Shown here one piece after another: positions 1 through 9,316 of a stretch of DNA of 64,000 nucleotides. Location: NCBI GenBank assembly GCA_000092065.1, contig CP000594.1; one strand, 5' to 3'. The notes beneath the pieces were generated by a model. The model had not been told where the DNA came from and did not search any database. It saw only the letters and a list, made by a program, of their open reading frames with translations. How positions within the stretch are numbered: the stretch's first letter is position 1; each line of letters begins with the position of its first letter. Source of the DNA: Ostreococcus lucimarinus. Lineage: Eukaryota. Made by a program: the position numbers and the translations under genes.

Positions 1-814
1 TAGCGGCGCGCGTTTTTGCATCCTCAGCCTCCTTCTTCGCCTTTTCGGCGGCTTCGGCGGCTTCGGCTTCGGCTTCCTCGGCCGCTTTCTTCGCCGCCTC
101 GCGCTCGGCGGCTTCCTTTCTCGCGGCCTCGGCTTCAGCCTTGGCCTTTTCAGCGTCAGCCTTAGCCTTTGCTTCGGCGGCGATGCGTTCCTCTTCGGCC
201 TTGTTCTTCGCCGCCTCCTCGGCTTCCTTGATCGCCTGCTTTGCCGCCTCCTCGGCTCGCTTCTTCTCTTCCTCGAGCGCCTTTTCGGCCGCCTTCCTCT
301 CCTCCTCGGCGGCCTTTTCAGCCGCCTTCTTCTCCTCGGCAGCCTTCGTCGCGGCCGCCTCCTCAGCCGCAGCCTTCGCCTCAGCCGCGGCCGCGGCCGC
401 CTTCTCAGCCGCCTCGCGCTCGTCGTTCTCAGCCTTTCTGTACGCCTCCCTCGCCTCCTCCAACTTTGCCTCCTCCGCCGCCTTCTCCGCCGCCAACTCC
501 GCGAGCTTCGCCTCCGCCGCCGGATCCGCGTTCTTTTTACTCGCGCTCTTCGCCAGCTTCGCCTCCGTCTTCGCGTTCGTCTTGATCGACTTTTGCGACG
601 TCAAGATCGCCTTCACCGCCTCCTTCTTCGTCGTCTCGGAGTCCGCCTTCGTCGCCTTCGCCTCCGCCTCCGCCCGCGCCCGCACCTCCGCCTTCGCCGC
701 GGCCTCGGCCTCGGCCTCCGCCACGATGTCCTCCTGCGCGCGACGCATGAAGCTCAGCATCCCACCGAACTTCTTCTCCGACGGCTGTCTCGCCAATTCT
801 CCCGACTCGCTCAT
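1..814 (-). CDS. Partial Lys/Glu/Ala-rich coiled-coil protein. The N-terminal ~270 aa lie in the window; the gene runs past the window start
   Basis: Reverse complement of 1..814 reads MSESGELARQPSEKKFGGMLSFMRRAQEDIVAEAEAEAAAKAEVRARAEAEAKATKADSETTKKEAVKAILTS...AEEAKLEEAREAYRKAENDE...KKAAEEAEAEAAEAAEKAKKEAEDAK, with ATG as the complement of 812..814 and no stop before position 1. It is not in the ORF track because it is open-ended. The plus-strand Ala/Ser-rich ORF 141..1484 is its antisense shadow. Confidence 0.5.
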   Translation of the reverse strand, partial: MSESGELARQPSEKKFGGMLSFMRRAQEDIVAEAEAEAAAKAEVRARAEAEAKATKADSETTKKEAVKAILTSQKSIKTNAKTEAKLAKSASKKNADPAAEAKLAELAAEKAAEEAKLEEAREAYRKAENDEREAAEKAAAAAAEAKAAAEEAAATKAAEEKKAAEKAAEEERKAAEKALEEEKKRAEEAAKQAIKEAEEAAKNKAEEERIAAEAKAKADAEKAKAEAEAARKEAAEREAAKKAAEEAEAEAAEAAEKAKKEAEDAKTRAA

Positions 815-1306
815 CGTCGACGGATGGATTGGATTGAATGCGAAATTAATGAATGCTCGCGGTCACGTCGTCGATGCCGACGCCTTCCGCGCGTTCGGAC
901 GCCGCGCGTTTTACGCCGCGCGGTGTTTCGATGCGCGACGATCGACTCCGGCGCGCCGTCGCGTTCGGCCTCGATTCGGGCGCGTCGCGTCGGCGTGTGC
1001 GCCGCGCCGATTCGACGATTCGACAATTCGCGGATTCGACGCGAACGCATCGTCGGATCGCGATCGGATCGTTTTTAGCGCGCGCTCGACGCGTCGACGT
1101 CTCGTACGCGACGTCGCGATTCGCCCATGTGGTGCGCGCGCGATCGGCGATCGGACGATCGGCGGGTGGTCGATCCCGTCGACTCGCGATCGGTCGATCG
1201 GGGGGGGGTCTCTTTGCGCGACACGGACCGACGGACGCGCGCGACGCGACCGCCCGATCGACCGACGGCGCGCGCGCGCTCCAGCGCGACGCGACCGCGC
1301 GGGACG

Positions 1307-2344
1307 ATGGCGCGCGCGCGACGGCGCGACTCGGCGCGCGTCGTCGTCGCGGCGTGCGTCGCGGCGTGCGTCGTCGTCGGTCGATCGGGCCGCGCGGATG
1401 GGTTCGCGGGACGGCGACCGGCGCGGGACGGCGACGGCGCGCGCGACGGCGACGACGACGGCGCGCGCGAGAACTGGGCGCTGATCGTGGACGCGTCGAG
1501 GTATTGGTTCAATTATCGACACGGCGCGAACGCGCTGTCGATGTACAGGAGCGTGAAACGGATGGGGATTCCGGATTCGCGCGTGGTGCTCATGCTCGCG
1601 GACGACCACGCGTGCGACGCGAGGAATCCCGCGCACGGACGCGTGTACGGCGACGAGGACAGGGGCGTGGAGCTGTACGGAGACGACGTGGAGGTGGATT
1701 ACAGAGGGACGGAGGTGACGCCGGAGCGCGTGATTCGAGTGCTGACGAATCGACACGAACGCGGGACGCCGCGGTCGAAAAAGTTGCTCCCGGGGGCGCG
1801 GAGCAACGTGTTGATATACATCACGGGACACGGCGGCGATGGGTTCATTAAGTTTCAGGATCAGACGGAGTTGCGGGCGGAGGAGATCGCGGACGCGCTG
1901 GCGCAGATGCACGCGCGGGATCGGTACAACGAGGTGTTGTTTTTGGCGGATACGTGTCAGGCGGCGACGCTCGCCAAGGCGATTCGATCGCCGAGGGTGC
2001 TGGCGCTGAGCTCGAGCGGGTTGGGGGAGAACTCGTACTCGCGGTTTCTCGATCCCGGGCTCGGCGTGCACGTGATCGATAGGTTCACGTATCACGTGTT
2101 GGAGTTTTTCGAAAAGCTCAAACCGGAGAGCGCGAACACGATGGGCGAGCTCGAGGCGTCGCTCACGCCGGATAAGTTGATGTCGCGCGCGGTGTTGGAC
2201 GTGAAGACGTTCACGCACAGAAACGCGCGCGCGATGAAACTGAGCGAGTTTTTCGGCGCGGTGTGCAAGGCGCGCGCGTTGACGGGGGCTTTCGATTGGT
2301 TCGTCGGGGCGAAATCGACGGCGGACGCGCCGGTAGACGGTTAG
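1307..2344 (+). CDS. GPI8: GPI-anchor transamidase catalytic subunit (GPI8/PIG-K, C13 legumain-family cysteine peptidase)
   Basis: ORF 1127..2344 contains NWALIVDASRYWFNYRHGANALSMYRSVKRMGIPDSRVVLMLADD...GDDVEVDYRGTEVT...NVLIYITGHGGDGFIKFQDQTEL...YNEVLFLADTCQAATL, a near-identical match to conserved PIG-K blocks including the catalytic His and Cys. Start moved to the in-frame ATG at 1307 (MARARRRDSARVVVAACVAACVVVG, a signal-peptide-like hydrophobic stretch); the upstream part is Arg/Asp-rich low complexity. Confidence 0.85.
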   Translation: MARARRRDSARVVVAACVAACVVVGRSGRADGFAGRRPARDGDGARDGDDDGARENWALIVDASRYWFNYRHGANALSMYRSVKRMGIPDSRVVLMLADDHACDARNPAHGRVYGDEDRGVELYGDDVEVDYRGTEVTPERVIRVLTNRHERGTPRSKKLLPGARSNVLIYITGHGGDGFIKFQDQTELRAEEIADALAQMHARDRYNEVLFLADTCQAATLAKAIRSPRVLALSSSGLGENSYSRFLDPGLGVHVIDRFTYHVLEFFEKLKPESANTMGELEASLTPDKLMSRAVLDVKTFTHRNARAMKLSEFFGAVCKARALTGAFDWFVGAKSTADAPVDG

Positions 2345-2727
2345 AAACGTAGAAGTTGTATTAGTCATAGCGACGCAAGCATGTGTGTACACGACGCGCG
2401 CGCGAGACGTGGTGATTGGATCCGTCGCGAACACTCCAACTGTCCATTCTTGGCGGCAGTCTGGCACGCGGTCCGGTCGCGCGATCGAGCAGCCATTTCT
2501 GTAGAGTCACGATGTGACGACGTCGACGTGACTGGATCGACGTGACTCGATCACGAAAGCTAACGGACCACACAAACGCGACGATCGTACGAGTTCTGCG
2601 CCGAAGACGAGCAAAACAGTGTTTGTACGTGCGATCACAATCATCCAAACCCGCATCGACGCCGAAGACGCGTCGTCATCCGCGACACGCATCCGCGCGA
2701 GAGAATCGACGCCGCGCGCCCGATCGC

Positions 2728-3309
2728 TCACGCCGCCGCCGACTTTTTCGGCGCGGTTTCCTCGAGCCATTGTTTCGCCTCTTCTTTAATCGTGCGCAGC
2801 TCAATCATCAATTTCGGGTTGAACAGTAAGAAGTAATCGTTTGTCGCGACGACCGTGTTCAAAAGCAGCTCCGTAGATTCGACGACCATCTCCTCCAGCG
2901 TTCCTTTCAGCTCGTCGACGCGGCGAACGGCGCGAGCGACGTCCTCGCGCGCCTCAGCCTCCGCGACCGTCTCCGGCGACGGCGGTTCATCCGGCGGCGA
3001 AACGTCGTCACCGAAATCGTCTTCACCCAAGTCAAACTGCTGTTCCGGAGGCGACGCGGCGAGTCCTTCCGCCAGCGCGCGCGCGTCGACGCCGTCGTCC
3101 ATCCGCGTCTCCGGCGTCGGATCGGGCGTCGGACGCGGCGTCGCCGCCATCGCCGCGCGCGGCGTCAGCGTCGGCGCGCGCGACGACGGCACTTTGAAAA
3201 CGATCTCGCGCTTCGCCGGCGTCGTCGTCGCGGCCATAGTCGCCGGCGTCGTCGCCGTCGATCTCGCCGCGCCCGCGTCCGCCGCCTTCGTCTCTCGCGC
3301 GACGTCCAT
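2728..3309 (-). CDS. Hypothetical protein with acidic/Pro-rich middle and a conserved-looking helical C-terminus (…VDELKGTLEEMVVESTELLLNTVVATNDYFLLFNPKLMIELRTIKEEAKQWLEE)
   Basis: Track ORF 2728..3360; codon 1 at 3358..3360 is GTG, so I moved the start to the first ATG (MDVARETK…). The C-terminal ~70 aa have normal, non-low-complexity composition, but I recognise no family. Confidence 0.4.
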   Translation of the reverse strand: MDVARETKAADAGAARSTATTPATMAATTTPAKREIVFKVPSSRAPTLTPRAAMAATPRPTPDPTPETRMDDGVDARALAEGLAASPPEQQFDLGEDDFGDDVSPPDEPPSPETVAEAEAREDVARAVRRVDELKGTLEEMVVESTELLLNTVVATNDYFLLFNPKLMIELRTIKEEAKQWLEETAPKKSAAA

Positions 3310-3439
3310 CTTCCCCCCCGACGCCTCCGACGCCCCGCGCGCGTCGCGCGCCGTCTCCACGCTTTTCCTGCGCGCCGTCTCCGCGCGCGGCGTCGCTCGC
3401 GCCGTCGCAGTCGTCGTCTCTCGCGCGTCTCGATCGCGT

Positions 3440-3444
<5 letters not shown>

Positions 3445-3474
<30 letters not shown>
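3445..3474. repeat. (GTC)n trinucleotide microsatellite, ~9-10 units
   Basis: gtcgtcgtcgtcgtcgtcgtcgtcgtc read directly; it lies in GC-rich sequence upstream of the 2728..3309 gene. Boundaries ±2 nt. Confidence 0.7.
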
Positions 3475-3822
3475 CTTCTCCTCGCCATCGTCGATCGCCC
3501 GCGCGTCGCGCGCGTCCGCGCGCGCGCGCGCCGATCCGTCGTCGTCGGCGTCATCGCGCGCGCGCGCCGGCGCGTCCTCGTCGCTGTCGCTGACGTCGAA
3601 CTCCGTCAGCGACGGCGCGTCGTACCTGTCGCGAATCGAACCGTCGCGCGATAAAACTCAGTCTCCGCGCGTCGCTCCGTCTCCGCGCGCGCGCCGCGCG
3701 CGCGCGCGCGTCACGCACGTCATCGCGCGTCGTCGCTTGCGCGCGTCGTCGTCGTCGCGCGCCGCGTCGCGTTTCGGCGGTCGAAACGACGCCATTCGGC
3801 GGTCGAAACGGCGCGCGACAGA

Positions 3823-4554
3823 ATGACGCGCGACGGCGACGGCGACCGCGCGTGGTGCGTCGCCGGCGCGCGCGCGAGCGACGCGCATCGCGTGACGTAC
3901 GCCGCGTACGAGGTCTCGACGAGCGCGATCGCGGTGTACGTCGCGCGCAGACGAGCGATTGGTGAATTCGAATCGAGGCACCGCGATGACGACGAAAACG
4001 ACGACGCGACGACGCGCGACGCGCGCGCGTTCGTCGTCGACGTCGAAAAAACGCGGCGACGCGTTCGCGCGGAGCGAGGGTACGAGCTGGCGAGGACCGC
4101 GGCGGAGATGATGGCGAGGACGAAGCGGGCGTTCGAGCGGGACGAGGTGGCGGTGGCGGGGACGACGGCGACGCCGCGGCGAAAAGCGACGACGACGACG
4201 ACGACGGGAGCTTGGGCGGACGAGGGCGCGAGGGAAGGAGACACGGTTGAGATCGAGTGGGTGGAGCGCGAGGACGGGGAGGCGCGGGAGGTGACGTACG
4301 TGGAGGCGTTGGAATGGATCAACGAGGCGTTCGCGCGAGCGAGCGAACGAACGAAACGCGAACGGGAGGCGAAGAGACGGAGAGATGAGGGAAAGGGCGA
4401 GGATGAGAAAGGCTCGAGGAGCGCGAGTGCGACGCCGAAAGCGTCGCCGGCGAAGGGGACGAGCGTGGGGAAGTGGATGAGCGAGGCGACGCGGACGCGG
4501 CCAAAGTTGAAAGCCGTGGCGGAGCGAGAGAGATTGAATGAAGAAAACGAATGA
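3823..4554 (+). CDS. Hypothetical charged protein (243 aa), divergent partner of the 2728..3309 gene
   Basis: True ATG at 3823. The sequence is not Arg-only junk (…GDTVEIEWVEREDGEAREVTYVEALEWINEAFARASERTKREREAKRRRDEGKGEDEK…). I see no recognisable domain. Confidence 0.4.
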   Translation: MTRDGDGDRAWCVAGARASDAHRVTYAAYEVSTSAIAVYVARRRAIGEFESRHRDDDENDDATTRDARAFVVDVEKTRRRVRAERGYELARTAAEMMARTKRAFERDEVAVAGTTATPRRKATTTTTTGAWADEGAREGDTVEIEWVEREDGEAREVTYVEALEWINEAFARASERTKREREAKRRRDEGKGEDEKGSRSASATPKASPAKGTSVGKWMSEATRTRPKLKAVAERERLNEENE

Positions 4555-4575
4555 TTGATTGAATTACGCGGCTAA

Positions 4576-6309
4576 TCATTTACCGTCGTTGAGCGTCCAG
4601 TCGTACGCGCGCGTCGTTAACGTGACGTCTTTGCCTTCGTCGAGCGCGCGCAGTAAACCTTCGCGATGTTTGCCTTGGCGCATGTACTTTGAGACGTATC
4701 GCAGACGCTCGGCGTCGGAATCGCCGAAGTCGAATTTGTACCACTCGCCGACGATTTTACTCACCGCCGCCGACGTCGCGTCGCCGTTTTCGGAGAGCTC
4801 TACGTCGATTTCCGACTCGAAGAAGGAAAACGCCGCGTCTTCGAGCTCGCGGTCGATATTCTCAGCCGTGTAGACGCGAATGGGAGGGCACGAACGCGCG
4901 CCGCACACCAACGCAAAGTGAATTCGAGGATCCATCGGCAGCACGACGTGGTTCCTTCGCGGATCCTTCTCGCGAAAAGGACCTCGCGACAGCGATGGTT
5001 TTCCCGCGAGCGCACCGATCGTGGCCGCGCCCGGTCGGTTCCCGCGCAAGATTCCGTTCTCGATGTCGTCGCACGTGTACACGGCGCCGGCGACGTCGTA
5101 CGAAACCTTGGAGAAGAAATCCAAACGCTCGAGCGTGTTCTTGGGCGTGCCAAACACACACGTTCCGTGAATCACGAGGGCATTGTACAGATTGATGAAA
5201 AACGCCATGCGTTCTTCGCGCGACAACGCGTTCAAGTTGACGCGCTGAAGCTCTTCGCACGCTTCGACGAAATCTTTAAAGCCGTCGCTCTGACGAACGC
5301 CATCGTAATCCACCGCGCGCCCGTCGTCGCTGAGAAATTCGTCATAGAGCTTCAGTATGCGTCCGCGAACATCCTCCGCGACGATTTTAGCGTCTCGCGC
5401 TTGTCCAACGTACAAATTCGCCGCGTTCAACGGCGCACACCCCAAAGACGGCGCCTCGGATCGAAAGCGAAACAGCGGCGCGTCCGCGGCGTCGACGACG
5501 CGAAACGCGTGCGTCGCGTCGACGTCACCGATCAATCGCTCGCGCACCATGGCCGCCCCCAACCGCGCAGCCTCTTCTTCCGTCGACGCTTTACCGTTTT
5601 TCATCATCCAATCCACCGCATCTTTCGCCGTGAACACGCCCTTATGCGTCTTCACCAGCCCGAAGACGCCATCCGACAACCCGCCGAATCGTCGCTCCGT
5701 CCTTCGCGTCACCCCCCCCGTCGTCGCCGCCATCGCCCGCGCCACCGCCGCCGCGTCCCCCGCCTCATTCGATCCCTTATTCACCAATTTCGTCAACCAC
5801 GACGACGACGACGACGTCGCCACCGCCGGCGCTTTCGGCGTCTCCAGCGTCCCGTTCGCGAACGCCTCGCTCGCCTCGCGAAGCGCCCGCGGCGCGCCGT
5901 CCATCCCTCTCTCCCTCGCCTCCCGCGCCTTGGCCACGAGATCGCCGCTTTCGATCCCCGCGCACGTATCGTCGGCGCCGCCGTATATCTCTCCCCCCAC
6001 GAACACCTGCGGCACCGATCGAAAGCCCGCGAGCGCCGACGACGCCGCGCGCAGCGCCGCCGCGTCGTCGACGCTAATCTCATCGAACGCGATCCCCGCC
6101 TCGCCGAGCGCGCTCTTCGCGCGCTTGCAGTGCGGACACGACGACGTGCCGACCACCGTGACCGACGTCGCGCCGTCCGTCGTCGCCGCGCGCGCGCGCG
6201 ACGCCGCGCGAGTCGACGCGTGATGTCCCGAGCGATGACGCATTCGCGTCGCGCGCGCGTCGACGAGCGCGCCGATCGTCGCGCGGACGCGACGCGGCGT
6301 CGCGCGCAT
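4576..6309 (-). CDS. Glutaredoxin–DEP–DUF547 multidomain protein with N-terminal transit-peptide-like region
   Basis: Grx motif SCPHCKRAKSAL…VPQVFVGGEIYGGADDT. DEP-like GVFTAKDAVDWMMKNGKASTEEEA. DUF547 block FFINLYNALVIHG…HFALVCGARSCPPIRVYTAENIDRELEDAAFSFF. Start set to internal ATG M194 (MRATPRRVRATIGALVDARATRMRHRS…); the 193 codons upstream are His/Arg-rich antisense of the MINDY gene. Confidence 0.8.
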   Translation of the reverse strand: MRATPRRVRATIGALVDARATRMRHRSGHHASTRAASRARAATTDGATSVTVVGTSSCPHCKRAKSALGEAGIAFDEISVDDAAALRAASSALAGFRSVPQVFVGGEIYGGADDTCAGIESGDLVAKAREARERGMDGAPRALREASEAFANGTLETPKAPAVATSSSSSWLTKLVNKGSNEAGDAAAVARAMAATTGGVTRRTERRFGGLSDGVFGLVKTHKGVFTAKDAVDWMMKNGKASTEEEAARLGAAMVRERLIGDVDATHAFRVVDAADAPLFRFRSEAPSLGCAPLNAANLYVGQARDAKIVAEDVRGRILKLYDEFLSDDGRAVDYDGVRQSDGFKDFVEACEELQRVNLNALSREERMAFFINLYNALVIHGTCVFGTPKNTLERLDFFSKVSYDVAGAVYTCDDIENGILRGNRPGAATIGALAGKPSLSRGPFREKDPRRNHVVLPMDPRIHFALVCGARSCPPIRVYTAENIDRELEDAAFSFFESEIDVELSENGDATSAAVSKIVGEWYKFDFGDSDAERLRYVSKYMRQGKHREGLLRALDEGKDVTLTTRAYDWTLNDGK

Positions 6310-6411
6310 GTCTCGCGCGCGCGTCGACCCGCGCGCGCGCGACGCGAGCGCCGACGCGCGACGCGACGCGTCGAAGAGTGTCGGCACGTCGGGACACCGC
6401 GACGCGAGACG
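6310..6411. promoter_or_regulatory. ~100-bp shared (bidirectional) promoter/5'-UTR region between the divergent Grx–DEP–DUF547 and MINDY genes
   Basis: The two ATGs sit at 6309 (minus) and 6412 (plus). Function is inferred from gene arrangement only. Confidence 0.4.
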
Positions 6412-7788
6412 ATGGCCGCGAGCGCCGTCGACGACGCGTGGTTCGCCGTCAAGGCGGTCGAGACGACGCATCCCGTGCGTCGCGTCGTCGCGCTGCGATG
6501 CCAGAACGAAAACGGCCCGTGTCCGCTGCTCGCGGTGGTGAACGCGCTGGAATTCAAGTCTGAGCTCGGTCGAGCCGGCGACGAAAACGACGCGAGCGAC
6601 GCGACGCGCGCCTCGACGCCGGCGTCGCTGCGCGAGACGATGTCGCGAGTGATGGAACACATGCTCGTGCGCGCGGAGGCGATGGCGAAGCGCGAAGACG
6701 TGGATGAGGAGACGGTGCGGATGACGCTGGACGACGCGACGGCGACGCTGGAGAGAAGCGCGAAGGGCGTCGACGTGAACGTGCGCTTCGACGCGTGCGA
6801 GAGCTTTGAGTACACGAAAGAGATGACGATGTTTGATCTGTGTGGGTTGAGGTTGGTGCACGGCTGGGTGGTGGGCGAGGTCGAACACGGCGCGGAGACG
6901 GCGCGGTTGTGCTCGAGCGTCGGTTACAACGGTTTGGTGGAGCGCCTGATTGATTTACGGACGACGGCGAGCGGTGAGGGGACGAGGGAAGGGCGAGAGG
7001 AAGGAAACGGTGAAACGCGAACGCTCGAGGCGTCGGTGAGCGGTGCGAGCGCGGGCGAGGCGCGGGAGGGGGAAACGTCGGGCGAACGCGAGGAGCGAGA
7101 ACTGTTGGAGCGCGCGATGAGGCTTTCGATGGAGGATTCGCGAGACGCCAAGCTCGCGAGAGCGATGCACGAGGCGGATTTGATCGAAACGTTTCTCAAC
7201 GATACCGCGAGTCAACTCACGCTCACGGGATTGGCGCAGATACGGGAGCGGATTCAAGAGCGCGAGTACGCGGTGCTGTTCCGAAACAATCACTTCTCCG
7301 TAATAACCAAGGTGGACGGCGAGCTCTACGCCCTGGTCACCGACAGCGGGTACCAGGATGAACCGGACGTCGTGTGGGAGGTGCTCGGCGGCGCGCGCGA
7401 TGGAACGTTCGCGAATTCAGAATTCAGACCGTTCGAGCCGCGCGCGGAGGGCGCCGGAGCAGCGTCGCCGACGACGCAAACGGCGTCGGCGCTTCCCGAC
7501 ACTTTTCTCCGCGCCGCGCCGTCGACGACGGAGCCCGCGTCGTCGCCGACGAGCGATGAAAAGTCCGATTACGCCGTCGCCCTCGAACTCCAAGCGCAAT
7601 TTGAAGAGGAGGAGCGCCTCGCGCTTCGCGCGGCGGAGCGACGCGTCGCCGAACGCCGCGCCGAGGCGCGAGCCGCGCAATCCCAACCGGCACCACCCGC
7701 GTCCTCGCGTCCGACGACTCGCGGCGCGCGCAAACCCAAACCTAAAAAATCATCTTCCTCCGTCGCCGACTCGTGCGCCATCATGTGA
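6412..7788 (+). CDS. MINDY: MINDY-family (FAM63/DUF544) K48-specific deubiquitinase with UIM-like and C-terminal MIU motifs
   Basis: QNENGPCPLLAVVNALEF (catalytic Cys block), GVDVNVRFDACESFEYT, FDLCGLRLVHGWVV, EREYAVLFRNNHFSVITKVDGELYALVTDSGY: hallmark MINDY-1/2 blocks. ERELLERAMRLSMEDS resembles a UIM. DYAVALELQAQFEEEE matches the MIU consensus (D-x-Φ-x-L-A-x-x-L-Q-x-E-E). Start is the ATG at 6412; the 498 codons upstream in the track ORF are antisense of the Grx gene. Confidence 0.85.
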   Translation: MAASAVDDAWFAVKAVETTHPVRRVVALRCQNENGPCPLLAVVNALEFKSELGRAGDENDASDATRASTPASLRETMSRVMEHMLVRAEAMAKREDVDEETVRMTLDDATATLERSAKGVDVNVRFDACESFEYTKEMTMFDLCGLRLVHGWVVGEVEHGAETARLCSSVGYNGLVERLIDLRTTASGEGTREGREEGNGETRTLEASVSGASAGEAREGETSGEREERELLERAMRLSMEDSRDAKLARAMHEADLIETFLNDTASQLTLTGLAQIRERIQEREYAVLFRNNHFSVITKVDGELYALVTDSGYQDEPDVVWEVLGGARDGTFANSEFRPFEPRAEGAGAASPTTQTASALPDTFLRAAPSTTEPASSPTSDEKSDYAVALELQAQFEEEERLALRAAERRVAERRAEARAAQSQPAPPASSRPTTRGARKPKPKKSSSSVADSCAIM

Positions 7789-7914
7789 TACCAATCTCAG
7801 ACGGTCCCGCCGTCGTCCCGCGCCGTCCGTCCCGCTCGCCGTCCCCGCGCCGAGCGGCACACTCTCGCCCGCGGTGCGATCGTCGCGCCTCGCCGATCGG
7901 CGCGAGATTTCACC

Positions 7915-7990
7915 ATGTCGTGGACGTGGGATTCCTTCGCCAAGGGCGCCGCCGACGCCGCCGAGACCACGCGTCTGGTCGCCATCAAGG
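7915..7990 (+). CDS. Exon 1 of a small two-exon coiled-coil protein gene (MSWTWDSFAKGAADAAETTRLVAIK|G…)
   Basis: ORF 7915.. runs straight into GTGCGT (the donor used elsewhere in this window) after AAG G. Confidence 0.45.
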
Positions 7991-8055
7991 GTGCGTCTCC
8001 CTCCGCGCCTTTAAACTTCAAACTCACTTCAACTTCTTCGTCGACCCGTTCCCAG

Positions 8056-8357
8056 GCGCGAAACAGGCTGAAATCATGTACAAAGAGCGTAACATCACGT
8101 CCACGACGCAACAATTCGGCGTCGACTGCTTCGCGGCGATGGAGGCGAACGATCAGGCGCGCGCGGCGTCGCTCTTCGCCGCGGCCAAGCGCGAGGTCGA
8201 CGCGTACCGCGCCGACATCGCGCAGCTCAATCGCGAGATCGACGGCGTGAACGTCGAGATAGAAAATGTAGGTCGGGAGGACGCCGCGAGCGCGGCGCCG
8301 CCGGTCGTGCGGGCGACGCCGCCGAACGCGCGCGGCGCTTCGCTGCAAGACTTGTAA
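8056..8357 (+). CDS. Exon 2 of the same small gene (…AKQAEIMYKERNITSTTQQFGVDCFAAMEANDQARAASLFAAAKREVDAYRADIAQLNREIDGVNVEIENV…LQDL*)
   Basis: The acceptor cccag|GC restores the frame of track ORF 7773..8357 (the split codon gives Gly). The putative intron 7991..8055 is only ~65 nt. Confidence 0.45.
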
Positions 8358-8744
8358 AGGTAACAACATTCTTCGAAATCGCGGCACACCGCGACGCCGC
8401 GCGTCGACGCGCGCGCGACGATGCGGACCGCGCGCGCGACGCGCGTCGCGCCGCCGCCGAGGCGCGCTGGAAGCGCGAGACGCGCCGCGCGCGAGACGCA
8501 GACGCGCGCGAAAGGGCGAGCGCCGCCACATCGTTCGGGACACTCGTCGAGGATTTCGATCGCGACGCGCGCGTACGAGCGCGATCGCGACGATGATGCG
8601 TACGCGAACGCGCAGAGGGATGTGTTCGATGATCGAGCGTTGGTCAGAGCGCCCGCGCGGCGACGACGAGGGCGCGAGGGGGAGCGGGATGGACGACGAG
8701 GCGCGTTCGGCGACTTCAAGACGCCGCGGACGCCGACGGAGGCG

Positions 8745-9278
8745 ATGCGGGCGCTGTTGTCGCCGTTCGGAGCGTTTGTCGTCGCCGCGATCGTGAGTGT
8801 GGCGAATCCAACGTTCATGACGAGCGGGCGAGAGGCGATACTGATGAAACTTTACGAAAGGCAGAGCGGCGGCGAAACCTCGGCGTACGTCAAGGACGGC
8901 GTTTTGTATCGCATGGACGCGTCGGGGAGCATGACGGCCAACGCGAAGGATGGGATCATGGTGGATAAGAATGGGGGGATATGGGTGATCGTTCCGCAGA
9001 AGGATGATGTGACGTTGATCAAGCAGAAGTATTACATGGGACAGATCGAAGACGTGCCGACGCTGCCGAAGAATCCGTCGGCGGCGGAGCAGAAAAAGTA
9101 CGACGAATTCATGGCCAAGTTGTTCGATTTCGAAAAGCTTCCGAACGTTAAGAAGGTGTACGATGGACCCTATCCCGTGCCCGTTCGTAAAGAGACGGAG
9201 AAATTCTTCCGCGAAGGGTTGCCCGCGAGCGTGATGGATGAAATCGAAGGTGTGGGCGCGTTGTTTGAACAACGATGA
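8745..9278 (+). CDS. Small secreted/membrane protein (N-terminal hydrophobic segment MRALLSPFGAFVVAAIVSVANPTF, then conserved-looking soluble domain)
   Basis: Internal ATG (codon 109) of ORF 8421..9278; the upstream part is Arg-rich. The downstream sequence (…SGREAILMKLYERQSGGETSAYVKDGVLYRMDASGSMTANAKDGIMVDKNGGIWVIVPQKDDVTLIKQKYYMGQIEDVPTLPKNPSAAEQKKYDEFMAKLFDFEKLPNVKKVYDGPYPVPV…) has ordinary protein composition; family not recognised. Confidence 0.5.
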   Translation: MRALLSPFGAFVVAAIVSVANPTFMTSGREAILMKLYERQSGGETSAYVKDGVLYRMDASGSMTANAKDGIMVDKNGGIWVIVPQKDDVTLIKQKYYMGQIEDVPTLPKNPSAAEQKKYDEFMAKLFDFEKLPNVKKVYDGPYPVPVRKETEKFFREGLPASVMDEIEGVGALFEQR

Positions 9279-9316
9279 CGACGTGCGCGCTTTTAATACT
9301 GTACATCTACTTTGTT

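Noticed and set aside
141-1484. 447-aa Ala/Ser/Phe-rich ORF (and 241..585, 593..1078, 853..1851, 911..2467 Pro- or Arg-rich ORFs)
   Set aside because: Extreme low complexity. It is the antisense of the K/E/A coiled-coil gene on the minus strand and of the GC-rich GPI8 5' region. GCC/GCG-rich DNA gives long stop-free frames on both strands.
4918-6411. First 498 codons of track ORF 4918..7788 (and 5357..6223, 5793..6815)
   Set aside because: His/Arg/Ala-rich with no motifs, and exactly antisense or out-of-frame to the well-supported Grx–DEP–DUF547 CDS. The real MINDY CDS starts at the ATG at 6412.
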